Positions 1 through 64,000 of a DNA stretch of 64,000 bases are shown piece after piece. The DNA is from Octopus sinensis (lineage: Eukaryota), in assembly GCF_006345805.1 (NCBI RefSeq), contig NC_042998.1, forward strand, positions 76,384,001-76,448,000, written 5' to 3'. The position numbers and the translations under genes were made by a program. The notes under the pieces are model-generated. The model was given only the letters and a program-made list of their open reading frames with translations. It had not been told where the DNA came from and made no database searches. How positions within the stretch are numbered: position 1 is the first letter of the stretch; the number at the start of each line of letters is the position of its first letter.

Positions 1-613
1 CTGAAGTTTCAACAGTCATGCACATAAAATTTCCTGCTACTATCATAGCTTTTAGAGTTGTTAGTAATGAAGAGAATGTGATGCTACCTCACTTCTTTCC
101 TTAAGGCCTTAGAGTTAACTTTGCTAGCTGTATTGAAACATTTGTCAAGCCCTGGAGAGACAGAGTATGCAATTGAAGGCTGGATGTGTTTCATCAGGAC
201 CTTGCACCATCACACAAGTCTCAAGCAATCCAAAAATGGATGGCTGACAATTTTCATGATCCCACAACCCCCAACATTTGGCCTCTAAACTCATCAGATC
301 TCAATCCATTAGACTGCTATGTGTGAAATAGTGTTGAGAAAGAAGTCCATCAACATCTCCATAACACCAAAAATTCTAAGAAAGACACCACAGTCAGAAT
401 AATGTCCGATATAAACCAAGACGATTTAATTTGGGCATGTAGACAATACAGATCTTGCATAGAAGTAGCTATTGATGCTGAAGCTGACTGCATTGAATGA
501 GATTATAAACAAGATAATCTAGTACAAATTATTTCATTTATAAAGTTGTTTTCTGTTAGTAAATGTATGTTTTTTCTGAAAAAAGTTTGTCCTCAAATAT
601 CTTACACACCTTG
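1..613 (+). mobile_element. Tc1/mariner-superfamily (maT/rosa-like) transposon, degenerate 3' part
   Basis: Decayed DDE frame (…WPLNSSDLNPLD…); right TIR tgtcctcaaatatcttacacaccttg followed by TA; same family as 14561..15823. Confidence 0.8.
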
Positions 614-619
614 TATATA

Positions 620-840
620 TCATCATCATCATTTAACATCTGTTTTCCATGCTGGCATGGGTTAGACAGTTTGACTGGAACTGGTAAGCCAGAGAGCTGT
701 GCCAGGCCCCAGTCTGTTTTGGTTTGGTTTTTATTGCTGGATGCCCTTCTTAATGCCAACAACTCCTAAGAGTGTAATACACTGGCATGGAGGTCTTTTA
801 TCAGTTACAGACACAAGTGCCTTTTATGTGTCACCAACAG
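620..840 (-). mobile_element. RTE LINE 3' tail / RTE-derived short element
   Basis: (cat)n tttaacatctgttttccatgctggcatggg motif, shared with the ends of RT-containing copies at 19811 and 37226..40105. Confidence 0.7.
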
Positions 841-860
841 GTGTGATTTATATATATATA

Positions 861-1157
861 CTAGCAGTATTGCCCGGCGTTGCTCGGGTTGGTAAGGGAA
901 ATAACTATATAAGCATTTTTAGAGAGTTACTTCCCTTATATAATAGCAAAAAATGCATTAAATATGGGAAAAAATGATGGTAAATTTTTTTTAAATCGTA
1001 GACTCATCGTAGACATGCGCTAATACCCAGAAGGGCTCGATATGAATCACGACTATAAGATACCCACTTTTGGTTACACTGCACCGCAAAATGTGGGAGT
1101 AGTTAGGAATCTAAATCGTAGGAGACAGACACACAACTTCACTTTTATATATAAAGA
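861..1157 (-). mobile_element. Non-autonomous Helitron
   Basis: On the minus strand: 5' TC, 3' CTAG, subterminal GC hairpin (cccggcgttgctcggg), inserted between A and T with no TSD. Confidence 0.75.
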
Positions 1158-1857
1158 TATATATAGGCATATATCTATATATGTATGTGTGTTTGACTCC
1201 CATTAATGCTTAACAGCTGGAGTTGGTTTGCTTACATCCCTATAATTTAGGGGTTCAGTTTAAAGATACCAATAGAATAAATACAGGGGTTAAAAAGATA
1301 AGTACAGGGGTGGAATCGTTCAACTAAAAGCCTTCAAGGTGGTACCCTAGCTTGGTTGCAGTCCAATGGCTGAAACCAGTACAAGATAAAAGATATATAA
1401 GAGCATTGCTATCTTTGATAAAATAAGTGTATATCTTCTAATGTAATTGATTATATTGCCGAGTGTCACAACATGGCTCACCTCAAAAGCATAATAAAAG
1501 AATAGGATGCCTGGCAGATTCTCATATCATCATAGAGAAAACATAATTTTATTTTAATTATAAAGTACTTCAAAACAGATGATTATATAAAAATAATGTT
1601 TGTATTCGCTCTTAACATGTTCCTGCAGATTTGGATGTGAATATACTTTTTGCTGTTCGATTTCATCTGTGGAGTACTTCTCTCTGGAGATGAAATCCAA
1701 AAGTGACAAGCATATTCAGGTCCAACTCTGCTGGAACATGTTAAGAATTAATATATATATCATCGTTTAGATTGTCAAGATTTTGTGTACTCAAAATAAT
1801 TTAATATATATAAGTAACTTCATTAAAATTTTTTCTTATTTTTTGTTGTTGTTATAG

Positions 1858-55492
<53,635 letters not shown>

Positions 55493-55574
55493 AGCATACG
55501 TTTTCATATTTTTTCTAATATTCATTTTATTTTATATCAGCAAATAATAATTGTATTTCAATATTATATAGTTT

Positions 55575-55580
55575 AATAAA
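55575..55580 (+). promoter_or_regulatory. Candidate polyadenylation signal of the RLR gene
   Basis: AATAAA about 80 nt after the stop, followed by T/GT-rich sequence. Confidence 0.5.
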
Positions 55581-55677
55581 CTTGATTTGATTTATTTGAA
55601 CATTCTGTTGTTATGAGATAGTTTTTGCAGACTCATATGATTCCAGGGAAATATCCGCATATATATATATACATGTA

Positions 55678-56747
55678 TATCAAGCTGAGTAAAAAGCAAG
55701 CAACTGAATAAAAAGTAAGCAATATATTTCAACAATGCGCAAATTTTATTCATCAAAGTACCATTACGATCAAGACATTTTTGCCAACGAGTTACAAGTT
55801 TGTTTATCCTAGTAACATAAAAATCTGGAGTTCTGGAGCTGATGAACCCTTTGAACGCACTTTCAGCATAGGTTTGATATTTGAACTCCTCTTGCAGGAA
55901 ACTATCAAGGTGCTTGAAAAAGTGGTAGTTGGTAGAAGAAAAAGATGGGCGGTGATGAACTTCGTAGCCAATTTCCCTCAAATTCTGGAGCATCATTAGT
56001 GAAACGTGTGGTCGAGCATTGTCATGAAGAATGATAGGCCCTCTTCTGTGGGCCAGTCTGGGACGGAGGAGTAGCAGTTTTTGTTCATTTTAGCAATTTT
56101 ATGGCAATATGTTTCTGCAATAACAGTTTTTCCGGGTTTTAAGAAGTTATAGTGGATGAGCCCAGCAGTACACCATAACCTTCTTTTTGAACACTTCGGG
56201 TTTAGGGAAGGTCTTCATTGCTTCATTTTGGTCCAACAATTGTGAAGAACGTTCTTTATTACTGTACAGAATCCACTTTTCATTGCAAGTTACAATAGGT
56301 CGATAAATGGATCGATCTAGTTACGGAGAAGAAGCGACGAGCAAATTTCATATCAGCGCATTTAAAAATTTTCATTCAAATCGTGTGGTACCCATTTGTC
56401 GAGCTCTTTTGATTTTCCAATCTCATGCAAATGGTTACACACATTTTTTTTGGCTAACTTGAAGTTCTTTTGCCAGTTCTCGAGTGGTTTTACGTGGACC
56501 TTTTTGAACGACGATCTTCAGTTGACCGTCTCGATGACAGATGGGCGTCCACTATGCTTACGAACTTCAAGGATCAGGTCTCCACTGCGAAATCGTTGAA
56601 ACCATTTTCGAGCTGACCACTCACGGGTCAATTCTTCACCAAACGTTTCGTTGATATCGCGAGCAGTTTCAGCTGTTTTACGTCCTTTTTTGAAGTTGAA
56701 TATCAAAATTGCTCAAATATCAGTTCCATTTCAGATTGTAACAACGA
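55678..56747 (-). mobile_element. Mariner transposon cut at its 5' UTR by a Tx1/L1 insertion
   Basis: ATG at 56729; FNFKKGRKTAETARDIN, WVPHDL, LHDNARPH; 3' TIR near 55678; no 5' TIR seen. Confidence 0.85.
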
Positions 56748-59700
56748 TTTCTTTATTGCCCACAGGCGCCAAACATAGAGGGAGGGGTCGATATGGGTAT
56801 AGATTTTACACAGAGATGAAAAGTTAAAAATTTGTAAAGCTCGAATGATGGACAAATGATAAACAAAACAAATACACAAACAATGAAATTTGGGATGGCT
56901 TTTGCTCCAACCCCGCAAGCATCGTGCTACCAGTGTAACCTATAGTATAACCTTATGGATTCACTATGTGGGTTCATTCATTCGCAACAAACTCGCCACA
57001 GCCTTTCATCTTTTTCCCGTATACATCAGGTAACAGGCATTTTTTCTCCACCCTTATTTTCCTCTTAAGGTGGTAGATGAGATAATGGACCAATCCAAGG
57101 CTGGAGATGAATGTGCCTGTCACGATTCCTTTCATGCGGGTCTTCCATACCGTTTCTTTCGTCATAGCGACCACAGAGTTGAAACAAGCCTTGCCTTCTT
57201 TGTTAAAAGAGGCAGGAGGAACAATCTTTGCAACCAACTCAGAAGACATTTGTACTCTTTCCAGCCGTGACAGCAGATGCTCAACGTAAACCCACATCTC
57301 AGAGATTTTGGGGCATTGCACAATTGTGTGCAGAACAGTTTCCATGTCCTGCTCGCATCTTCGGCACTTGGGTGAACAAGGGGCACCATGCCTTGCGAGT
57401 TTGTGAACTGGTAAGGCTCCTCGGTAACACTGCCAGGCCAGGGATCTTAGGGAGTTATCCAAGGGTCCTGGCTCGAATGTCCTTCGGAACAGACTAGCCA
57501 GTTGATCCTCATCGAAGCTTAGGGTCTCCCTCAGGATGTCGTCACACTCAGCTTCTACCAACTCTCTCTAGAAAGACGAGGTGGAACCTCTGCCCCTGGC
57601 GTTGCCTGTGTAACAGAAGCTTGAGTGCCTGATGACACTCCGCTTGCCAAGCATCCGACTTTGGTCTACACTTGATTCAAAATAAGCCCAAGAAGTAACG
57701 ACCGAACGAACGGAGACCACACCTGTTCACCATCTAGGTAGAGCTACAGATGTCTCTGCCTCAGCGCATGTATGCGCATCAAGAGTCAAGGCATCCCCTG
57801 CTCACCCTTACAAGAGGACTTCTACTCCTACGCAAAAAGCGGAAGAGCAGACACTCCAACTTGATCAGACACGAACGGAGGCAATGCACGACGGCTAGGT
57901 GGTAGGTAATCACAGAAGCAATAAACACTCCTGCAGCCTCCGCCCTTCCTTTCAGGGAGAGCTGCCGCTCAGACCAGGTCTAAGTTAGGTGGGTCACTCT
58001 GCTCGTCACCTCGCTCCAATTCTTCTGTGTTTGATGTTGAACGGCTTCGAGAATAACCCGTTCACCCGAACGGTCGAGTCGATGTTGCTGTATAGAACAA
58101 TGATCCACCTGCGGAAGACGGGGCCAAACTCGAACGCTACGAGGACCGACCCCAGATACCGATGGTCAGCCATGTCAAAAGCTTTGGACTGGTCTAAATG
58201 GACCAGCGCTCCACCCTTGCCAGGAGACCCGTTAACCCTCTCTCAGGTATAGCATATCAGGTGGAGATTGTGTATGGATCTGCCAGGAACGGCACAAGTT
58301 TTTGCCTCCCCGACGATTCCACTCACGACACGCGCCAACATTTTTGCTAATACCTTGGCCAAAATCGTCAATTCTGTGTTAAGCAGAGTGATAGACCTGA
58401 AATTATTTATAATATCTCCCTTGTTTGGGTCCTTTCTAAGCAGCGTCACCACTCCCCGGTTCACAGATATGGGTATAAACCCATTCTGTTGCCAGATGGT
58501 GAAGAGGCATGCCAGTAGGTGCCCGAACAAGTCTGGCATACCGTTATAAAGCTCGTAGGGGAGACCATCTAGTCCCGACGATTTGTCCCCACCACAGTCC
58601 GATAAAGCCTCCTGCACTTCCGCAGCTGTGATCGACCCCTCACAGCACTCTTCTTCCCGCCCCGAGAGACGCGGCACGCCAGCGAGGAAGTCCGTGAGGT
58701 CCCTCCTACATTCCGTCCCACCGCCCTCCCGAAAAGCAGGGCGAAATGCTTCTGAAAGGCTTTGCACATCTCATCGGGTCACTGCTTAGGATCACGTCAA
58801 AGGCGACCAACCTAAATTCCGGGTCGATGAAGATAGTTCCTGTCTCTAAATCCAGATTTTTTTCTGAGCAGCACAGCAACATCTCTCCCTCCTCCAGGTA
58901 GGCATGGAGGAATAAATTTCTCGTAGCCATTGTGGGAGGGGGCGGAAACCCCGCCGACTACTCAGTTTGGACTCCGTGGCAACCACTATATCCATCCTAT
59001 GCGACCTGAGGTCATTCAGGAAACGACCTTGTTTCCATTCTACCCCCAGGTCACGTACATTTAAACAACTAGCATAAAGTTTATCCATAACTTTGTACGT
59101 ACCGGTTAGAGATGGGTTGCACTACCATCTCATTATTTTGGCTTTTCGTCCGGCGCTTGCGAGGTGTCGTTGACTAGGCCCTCAAACATTAGTGGGGAAA
59201 AGTCTTTCCCCAGTGGGTCTGTCATTTTCAAAAAGGTTTGCAAACCTATTATAGTTAGCCTTGTCTATCCTAAATATTGCTATATTTTGGGGGGAGGTTG
59301 GCACTCGGCCCTAATGTGGCCTTTTTGGCCACACTTGTAGCAACGAGGCTTTCTTTCCTTTACCATGACTCTCAGCTTAGTCTCCTCCACCTGTATAGAA
59401 TCTATAATGTTTTCTAAATCGGCGGGGGCTGCTTGTATAATCCTCTGGAGCCCTTGCCCCTGCCAATTTTGCAATTTCAGCACTTGGGCTTGGAGGATTG
59501 TGATTTTTATCCTCCAAGCCGTTTATTATGGCTGCCACCAGCTCAGCGGGGTCTACTTCGGGTGGGATGTCTCCTACATAAATTTTGGAAGTCTGCTTTC
59601 CAAGATAAGTAGGCGAGAGTACTACCTCCGCCGCTTTTAATGGTGTCGTCGACAATTGTTTCGCTTTTTCTTCCGTTTTAAACCAGACTTCTATTGTGCA

Positions 59701-60331
59701 TACTTCACTCCTCTTGTGATGTATGCCACGCCATTCCAAACTGGACGGAGGCACAGCTCCACGCCTCTTTACTCACATTGTCTATTTTTTTTGTTTTTAC
59801 AACAAATGACTTGTAAATGACTATGCACCGTAGTGCATTATGAGTGGTTTCACTGGGAAGGGTAATCACAGTTTCGCTCCCCTCCCTTTTCATCATTCCT
59901 TTATACTTTCCTAACTCGTCATTTTCGCAGATAATCAACTTTTTTGAAATAGTAGCTACTACCGCAAAATTGCTTCATTTTCTTCCATGCATAAAATCTT
60001 CGGACGGCATGTTTATCAATGCTGTGCTGTTTTCTGTGCTTTGGCACAAGAACTTGTACGAGGTTCATTACCAGTTTTTGACAATTTAATAGGCGGTTTA
60101 TCCATGTTTTGTGTGTTTTTTTACCACAAAATAAAACAATATTTTCCCCCTTCACATGAGGGGGAAAACGTTAACAAACGACTGTCTCAAGCAGACAAAG
60201 GTGTTTTGCACAAAAAACACTAAACAACGTAGCAATTCAACAGTGTAAATTCAACAAAATATCCACAAATATTACAAACTTACGCCAAACCTTTCGAACA
60301 AACGCACAAACAACATTCACGAACAAGTTGG
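56748..60331 (-). mobile_element. Tx1/L1-clade LINE A, internally deleted
   Basis: ORF1 remnant with CYKCGQKGHIRAEC knuckle; ORF2 LNVRDL (APE), KSSGLDGLPYE, NFRSITLLN, DQSKAFD, C-terminal CRRC...ETVLHTIVQC; AATAAA at the 3' end. Confidence 0.9.
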
Positions 60332-60351
60332 TTCAGATGAGGTAACAACGA

Positions 60352-62325
60352 TTTCCTTATTGTCCACAGGGGAATAAACATAGAGGGACAGTATAAAGAT
60401 ATACAAAAACACAAAAGTGGGGAAAAAATTAAATGAATGAGAAGGATGGTATAAAAATGAATGGATGAAATGAAGGCCACTTGGATCTCACATTCCAAGT
60501 GACCTCATTGAAACTTTTTTTAAAAGCAATTAAACACTTAATATGTCCATGTTCAATTCTTTCAAATGTTCATAACTTACTGTTGACTGCACTCACCTGG
60601 TATCAATTTCCTTTTGTGAGATAATGACATTTCTCCTGTAATCCTCTCTTAATCTTGGCGAGTTTTTTCTCTCCATTAGTACACATTTAGCCTGCGAAGG
60701 CACATCCTCACACCCTTCAATATCGACTTTTATCAACTCGTCCAGATTGTTTAGTTCCTCGCACAACTCATCGAATAACTCATTGTAGAAAACAATGCAG
60801 CTTTTTTCACAGGGTGGGGGTTTGGGAAATTTGGGGCTCCTGTGTGTTTGTAGCTAAAGTATCAGTGTTTGGTGGGGTAGGGTGAGGGTTGGTGTCTGCA
60901 GGGGTGGGTGGGCTGGAACAGAGTGGGGGTCGAGTGTGGCGTGGGTAGGATGGGCGTTAACATTAATACCCTGAGTTCTTTTTTCTCTTTTTTCGGCTTA
61001 CCGTCTTCCATTCTTCGGTTTTCTTCGCTACTCGTCCTCACATTTTTCCTTTCGGTACTCTTTCCCGTCTTCCATCTCTATTCTCTCCTGATGTTCCTGG
61101 TTTTTGTGTCTCTATCTCTCTCTTATTCTTTACTGTTACTTCCTTTCCTTTCTGCATACTTGTGTTTTCTTCTGTAATTTTCTTTTTTGTTATTTCTGTT
61201 CTTTCAATTTGTATCTCCTCTATGTTGCCTTTTCTCTTTTTTTTGCAGGCTTTTTGGTGGTGAATATGCATTTTCTTCTCTTTTCTTCTTTCTTTTTCCA
61301 ACTGAGTATTTTCCTTCTACGTTTTCCATCTTTTCACTTACTTGGCTTTGTGCTACCACTCCTTGTTCCACCTCATCCTTCTCCTGCTCCTGCTCCTGTT
61401 CTACTTCTTGTTTCTGTGTACACCTTGCTTTCATATGTCCCCGTACTCCACAGTATTAGCAGATGGGAGATCTACCCTCCACTACCACTCTTAGTTTAGC
61501 ATCCTCTGGCAGCATAATCTCATCTGCAATTTTATGTAGGTCCGTGTTGAAGAAAATGGCTGCAATCAGCCATGCTTCATCGATTTCTGGGGCACTCTGC
61601 CAATTCTAGCTCTGGCTGCACGTTTTCCACAGCAGGCTGGCAGCAGTGCCCACTCTTCCGATCTCAGTGGCACCGTGGAGCACATTATTGCGTCCTGTTC
61701 GGTCGCAAACCGTACCCCCACAGTGCCATACTTCTTGCCTCTAGTGTAGAATGTCATTAGGTGTTTAATATTCTTAAGACATTCTTCCATTGCTTCAACG
61801 GTCGCTATTTCTACTCTTTTACTTGAGCTTGATAGCGTGCTATAATACACTACAGTTTTTTAGCTGTTTCCTCTATTACTTCTGTTGGCATGGTCAACCT
61901 CAGGCTGTTTCCTTTCTTAATTATGAGTTCATTAGACTTTTTCAATCTCTTTTTGTCGAACTTCACTTCTTTCACGTGCAAAACGTCGTTATCCAAACCC
62001 CTTCCTGTTGCTGCAGCATAGCTGACGGCTGGTTGAGTCTCCATTACTTCGTTGCTTCATACATGTTACAAATGACAAGAAAATTTTCAGAAAAATATAT
62101 TCGTAAAAATCACAGTTCACTATAAAATTAACAGAAAATTTTCCACTCCGCAGGGTGAAAATTACTGTTTATCAAAGGACAACAGTTCGATTTGAATTAA
62201 ATATTTCACTTCAAAATAACATACATTTACAATAAAGAGAACAGGAAACGAACTCACATGCCGCAGGCAAAAAAACTGAAAACCACAACGTTTCTCAGAC
62301 GAAAAAGGCGTGGCCTTGCTAGCTT
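60352..62325 (-). mobile_element. Tx1/L1-related element B carrying only an ORF1-like region
   Basis: SYAAA start, region similar to ORF1 of A, K/E-rich and P-rich tracts; 3' end shared with A; 5' boundary approximate. Confidence 0.65.
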
Positions 62326-62329
62326 GTTT

Positions 62330-64000
62330 TTTTATGATTATGTAATCATTACATAGATGGAATATTACAGGACGAAACAATTACAAAAAAATGTTAAAAT
62401 GAGTTCGAATGAACCTTAAATATTTTAATATAAATTTATATTATTTAATTGACTTCAAAGTATTCTTTTAAAAAAAATAAAATAAAACAAGCTCAGAATA
62501 CATTCCCAGCAACCTGTAAGGCCCAGCAACTATCTTTTCTTCCTTCATCGATGATTAAGCTGGGTTACTGACACCCACCTTTCTCATCACATCCTTCCAA
62601 CGATTTTCATACTCGCTCTGTGGCAGAGTCTCCAAGCCCATCTTACTTTTCAGATGATACCTGAAGTAGGTTATCAAACCGGGGCCAGAGACGAAGGACT
62701 CTGTCACGAAACCTCCCATTCTAGTTTGCCATACTCACTCTTTCAATACTGCAACCATACAGTGAAAACATGCCTCACCTTCCTTTGAGAGTCCAGTTGG
62801 CGGTACTATCTTTATTATAAATCCAGCCGACAGCTGTACTCGTCCCAGAACACAACACGTGTTCTACGTAACTTATCAAGCTTGACAGCTCCCGACATTG
62901 TATAGAAGCGTGCTGGACGGTTTCATCGTCCAGCCCGTATCTTGGACATGGCACCGGCACTGACATTCCGTGCCTAGGTAACTTATCGCGAACAGGTAAA
63001 GCGTTCCTGTAGCACTGCTAGGTCAGGGATTTTTGGTAATTATCCAAGTACCTTGGCCTGAAAGTTTTTTTAAACAGGCTGGTAAGTTGGTTCTCATCGA
63101 ACCCCAGAGCCCCTCCTAGGACGTCATCATTTTTAGCCTTTACAAGCCCTCTATAGATCACTGAGGTGGTATTCTCGCTGCCAGCCTTGCTCGTCTTGTG
63201 GATCAGCGTGAGTGCCTGTCGGCACTCCTTCTGCCATACCGTCAGATTATGTCTTTTTATGAAACCGGTTTAAATCTCTCCATAGAGGCCGGCCGCGGGA
63301 AGAATTCCTCTGCTAGCGGACTCCACACCTTATCACCTTCCAGGTGGTGCCAGGGATGTCTCAGCCTCAACGCATGTCTGCGCATCATTAGCCAAGGCAT
63401 TCCTAACCCACCCTTTAACGGTTCCTGGTAGCAAACGGAACGCCTTACAAGTGGCTTTCCTCCCTTCCACAAAAAGCGGAAAAGGAGTCGTTCTCCTGCA
63501 ACGAATCAGGGCAGGGGAAAACGGTCAGGTGGTAAGTGATTACAGATGCAATAAATACCTGTACCACCTCTGTCCTTCCTTTCAAGGACAGAGCTATTCC
63601 GGACCAAGTCTGTACTAGGCCTCTACATTGTCTGCCACCTCGTTCCAATTCTTCTCCGTCTGAGAGTCTGGGCCAAACAAAACTCCAAGCAACTTAACTG
63701 GACCATCAGTCCAGTAACCCACGACACAGGACGATGTCAACTTTCTCCTCCAGGTGCCGAGGCGCAAGCCGATCGACTTGTCCTTGTTAACTTTTGTCCC
63801 CTGCCACCACCTCGTATCCTCTGATAGCATCTTCTACACAAGGTAGCTGTGCTTCGTTGGACACGATGAAGGTGACGTCATTTGTATAAGCAGAAACAGA
63901 TTTACCGCATCCAATTTCATTAGGGTTGCTTCCCAAACTCTTCAACTTCCGCGGCAATGGCTCAAGAGCCAACACTTACAGAAGCGGAGACAAAGGATAC
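62330..64000 (-). mobile_element. Tx1/L1-clade LINE C, 3' part (continues beyond the window)
   Basis: LSPLL, SAYTNDVT (decayed YADD), LSLKGR, KGGLGMP, CPRYG..DETVQHA. Confidence 0.88.

Noticed and set aside
60908-61499. Hydrophobic + strand ORFs resembling membrane proteins
   Set aside because: Antisense shadows of the K/E-rich minus-strand ORF1-like region

Overview
This is AT-rich, repeat-dense eukaryotic DNA; its SINE, RTE and mariner repertoire looks molluscan, most likely octopus (inference). The main feature is a + strand RIG-I-like receptor (RLR; DDX58/IFIH1/DHX58 family) gene. I reconstructed 10 phase-compatible GT-AG exons from 1858 to 55492, giving about 719 aa with helicase motifs Q/I/Ia/II(DECH)/III/IV/V/VI, the pincer and the Zn-binding CTD. 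The N-terminus, including any CARDs, lies upstream of the window. The introns and 3' flank hold degenerate Tc1/mariner, hAT-MITE, Helitron, RTE, R4/Dong-like, Penelope-like and Tx1/L1 elements, plus SINEs and microsatellites. The most notable observations are: (i) RLR substitutions at RNA-end-recognition and helicase-motif positions; (ii) two hammerhead-ribozyme-like motifs with compensatory core variants (G3:C8 and U3:A8), one inside an inverted-repeat Penelope element; (iii) a head-to-tail Tx1/L1 array, including an apparent ORF1-only element, at a repeated target just upstream of a mariner ATG; (iv) a CpG-decay boundary near the gene's 3' end. All alignments were done by eye, with reference residues recalled from memory.
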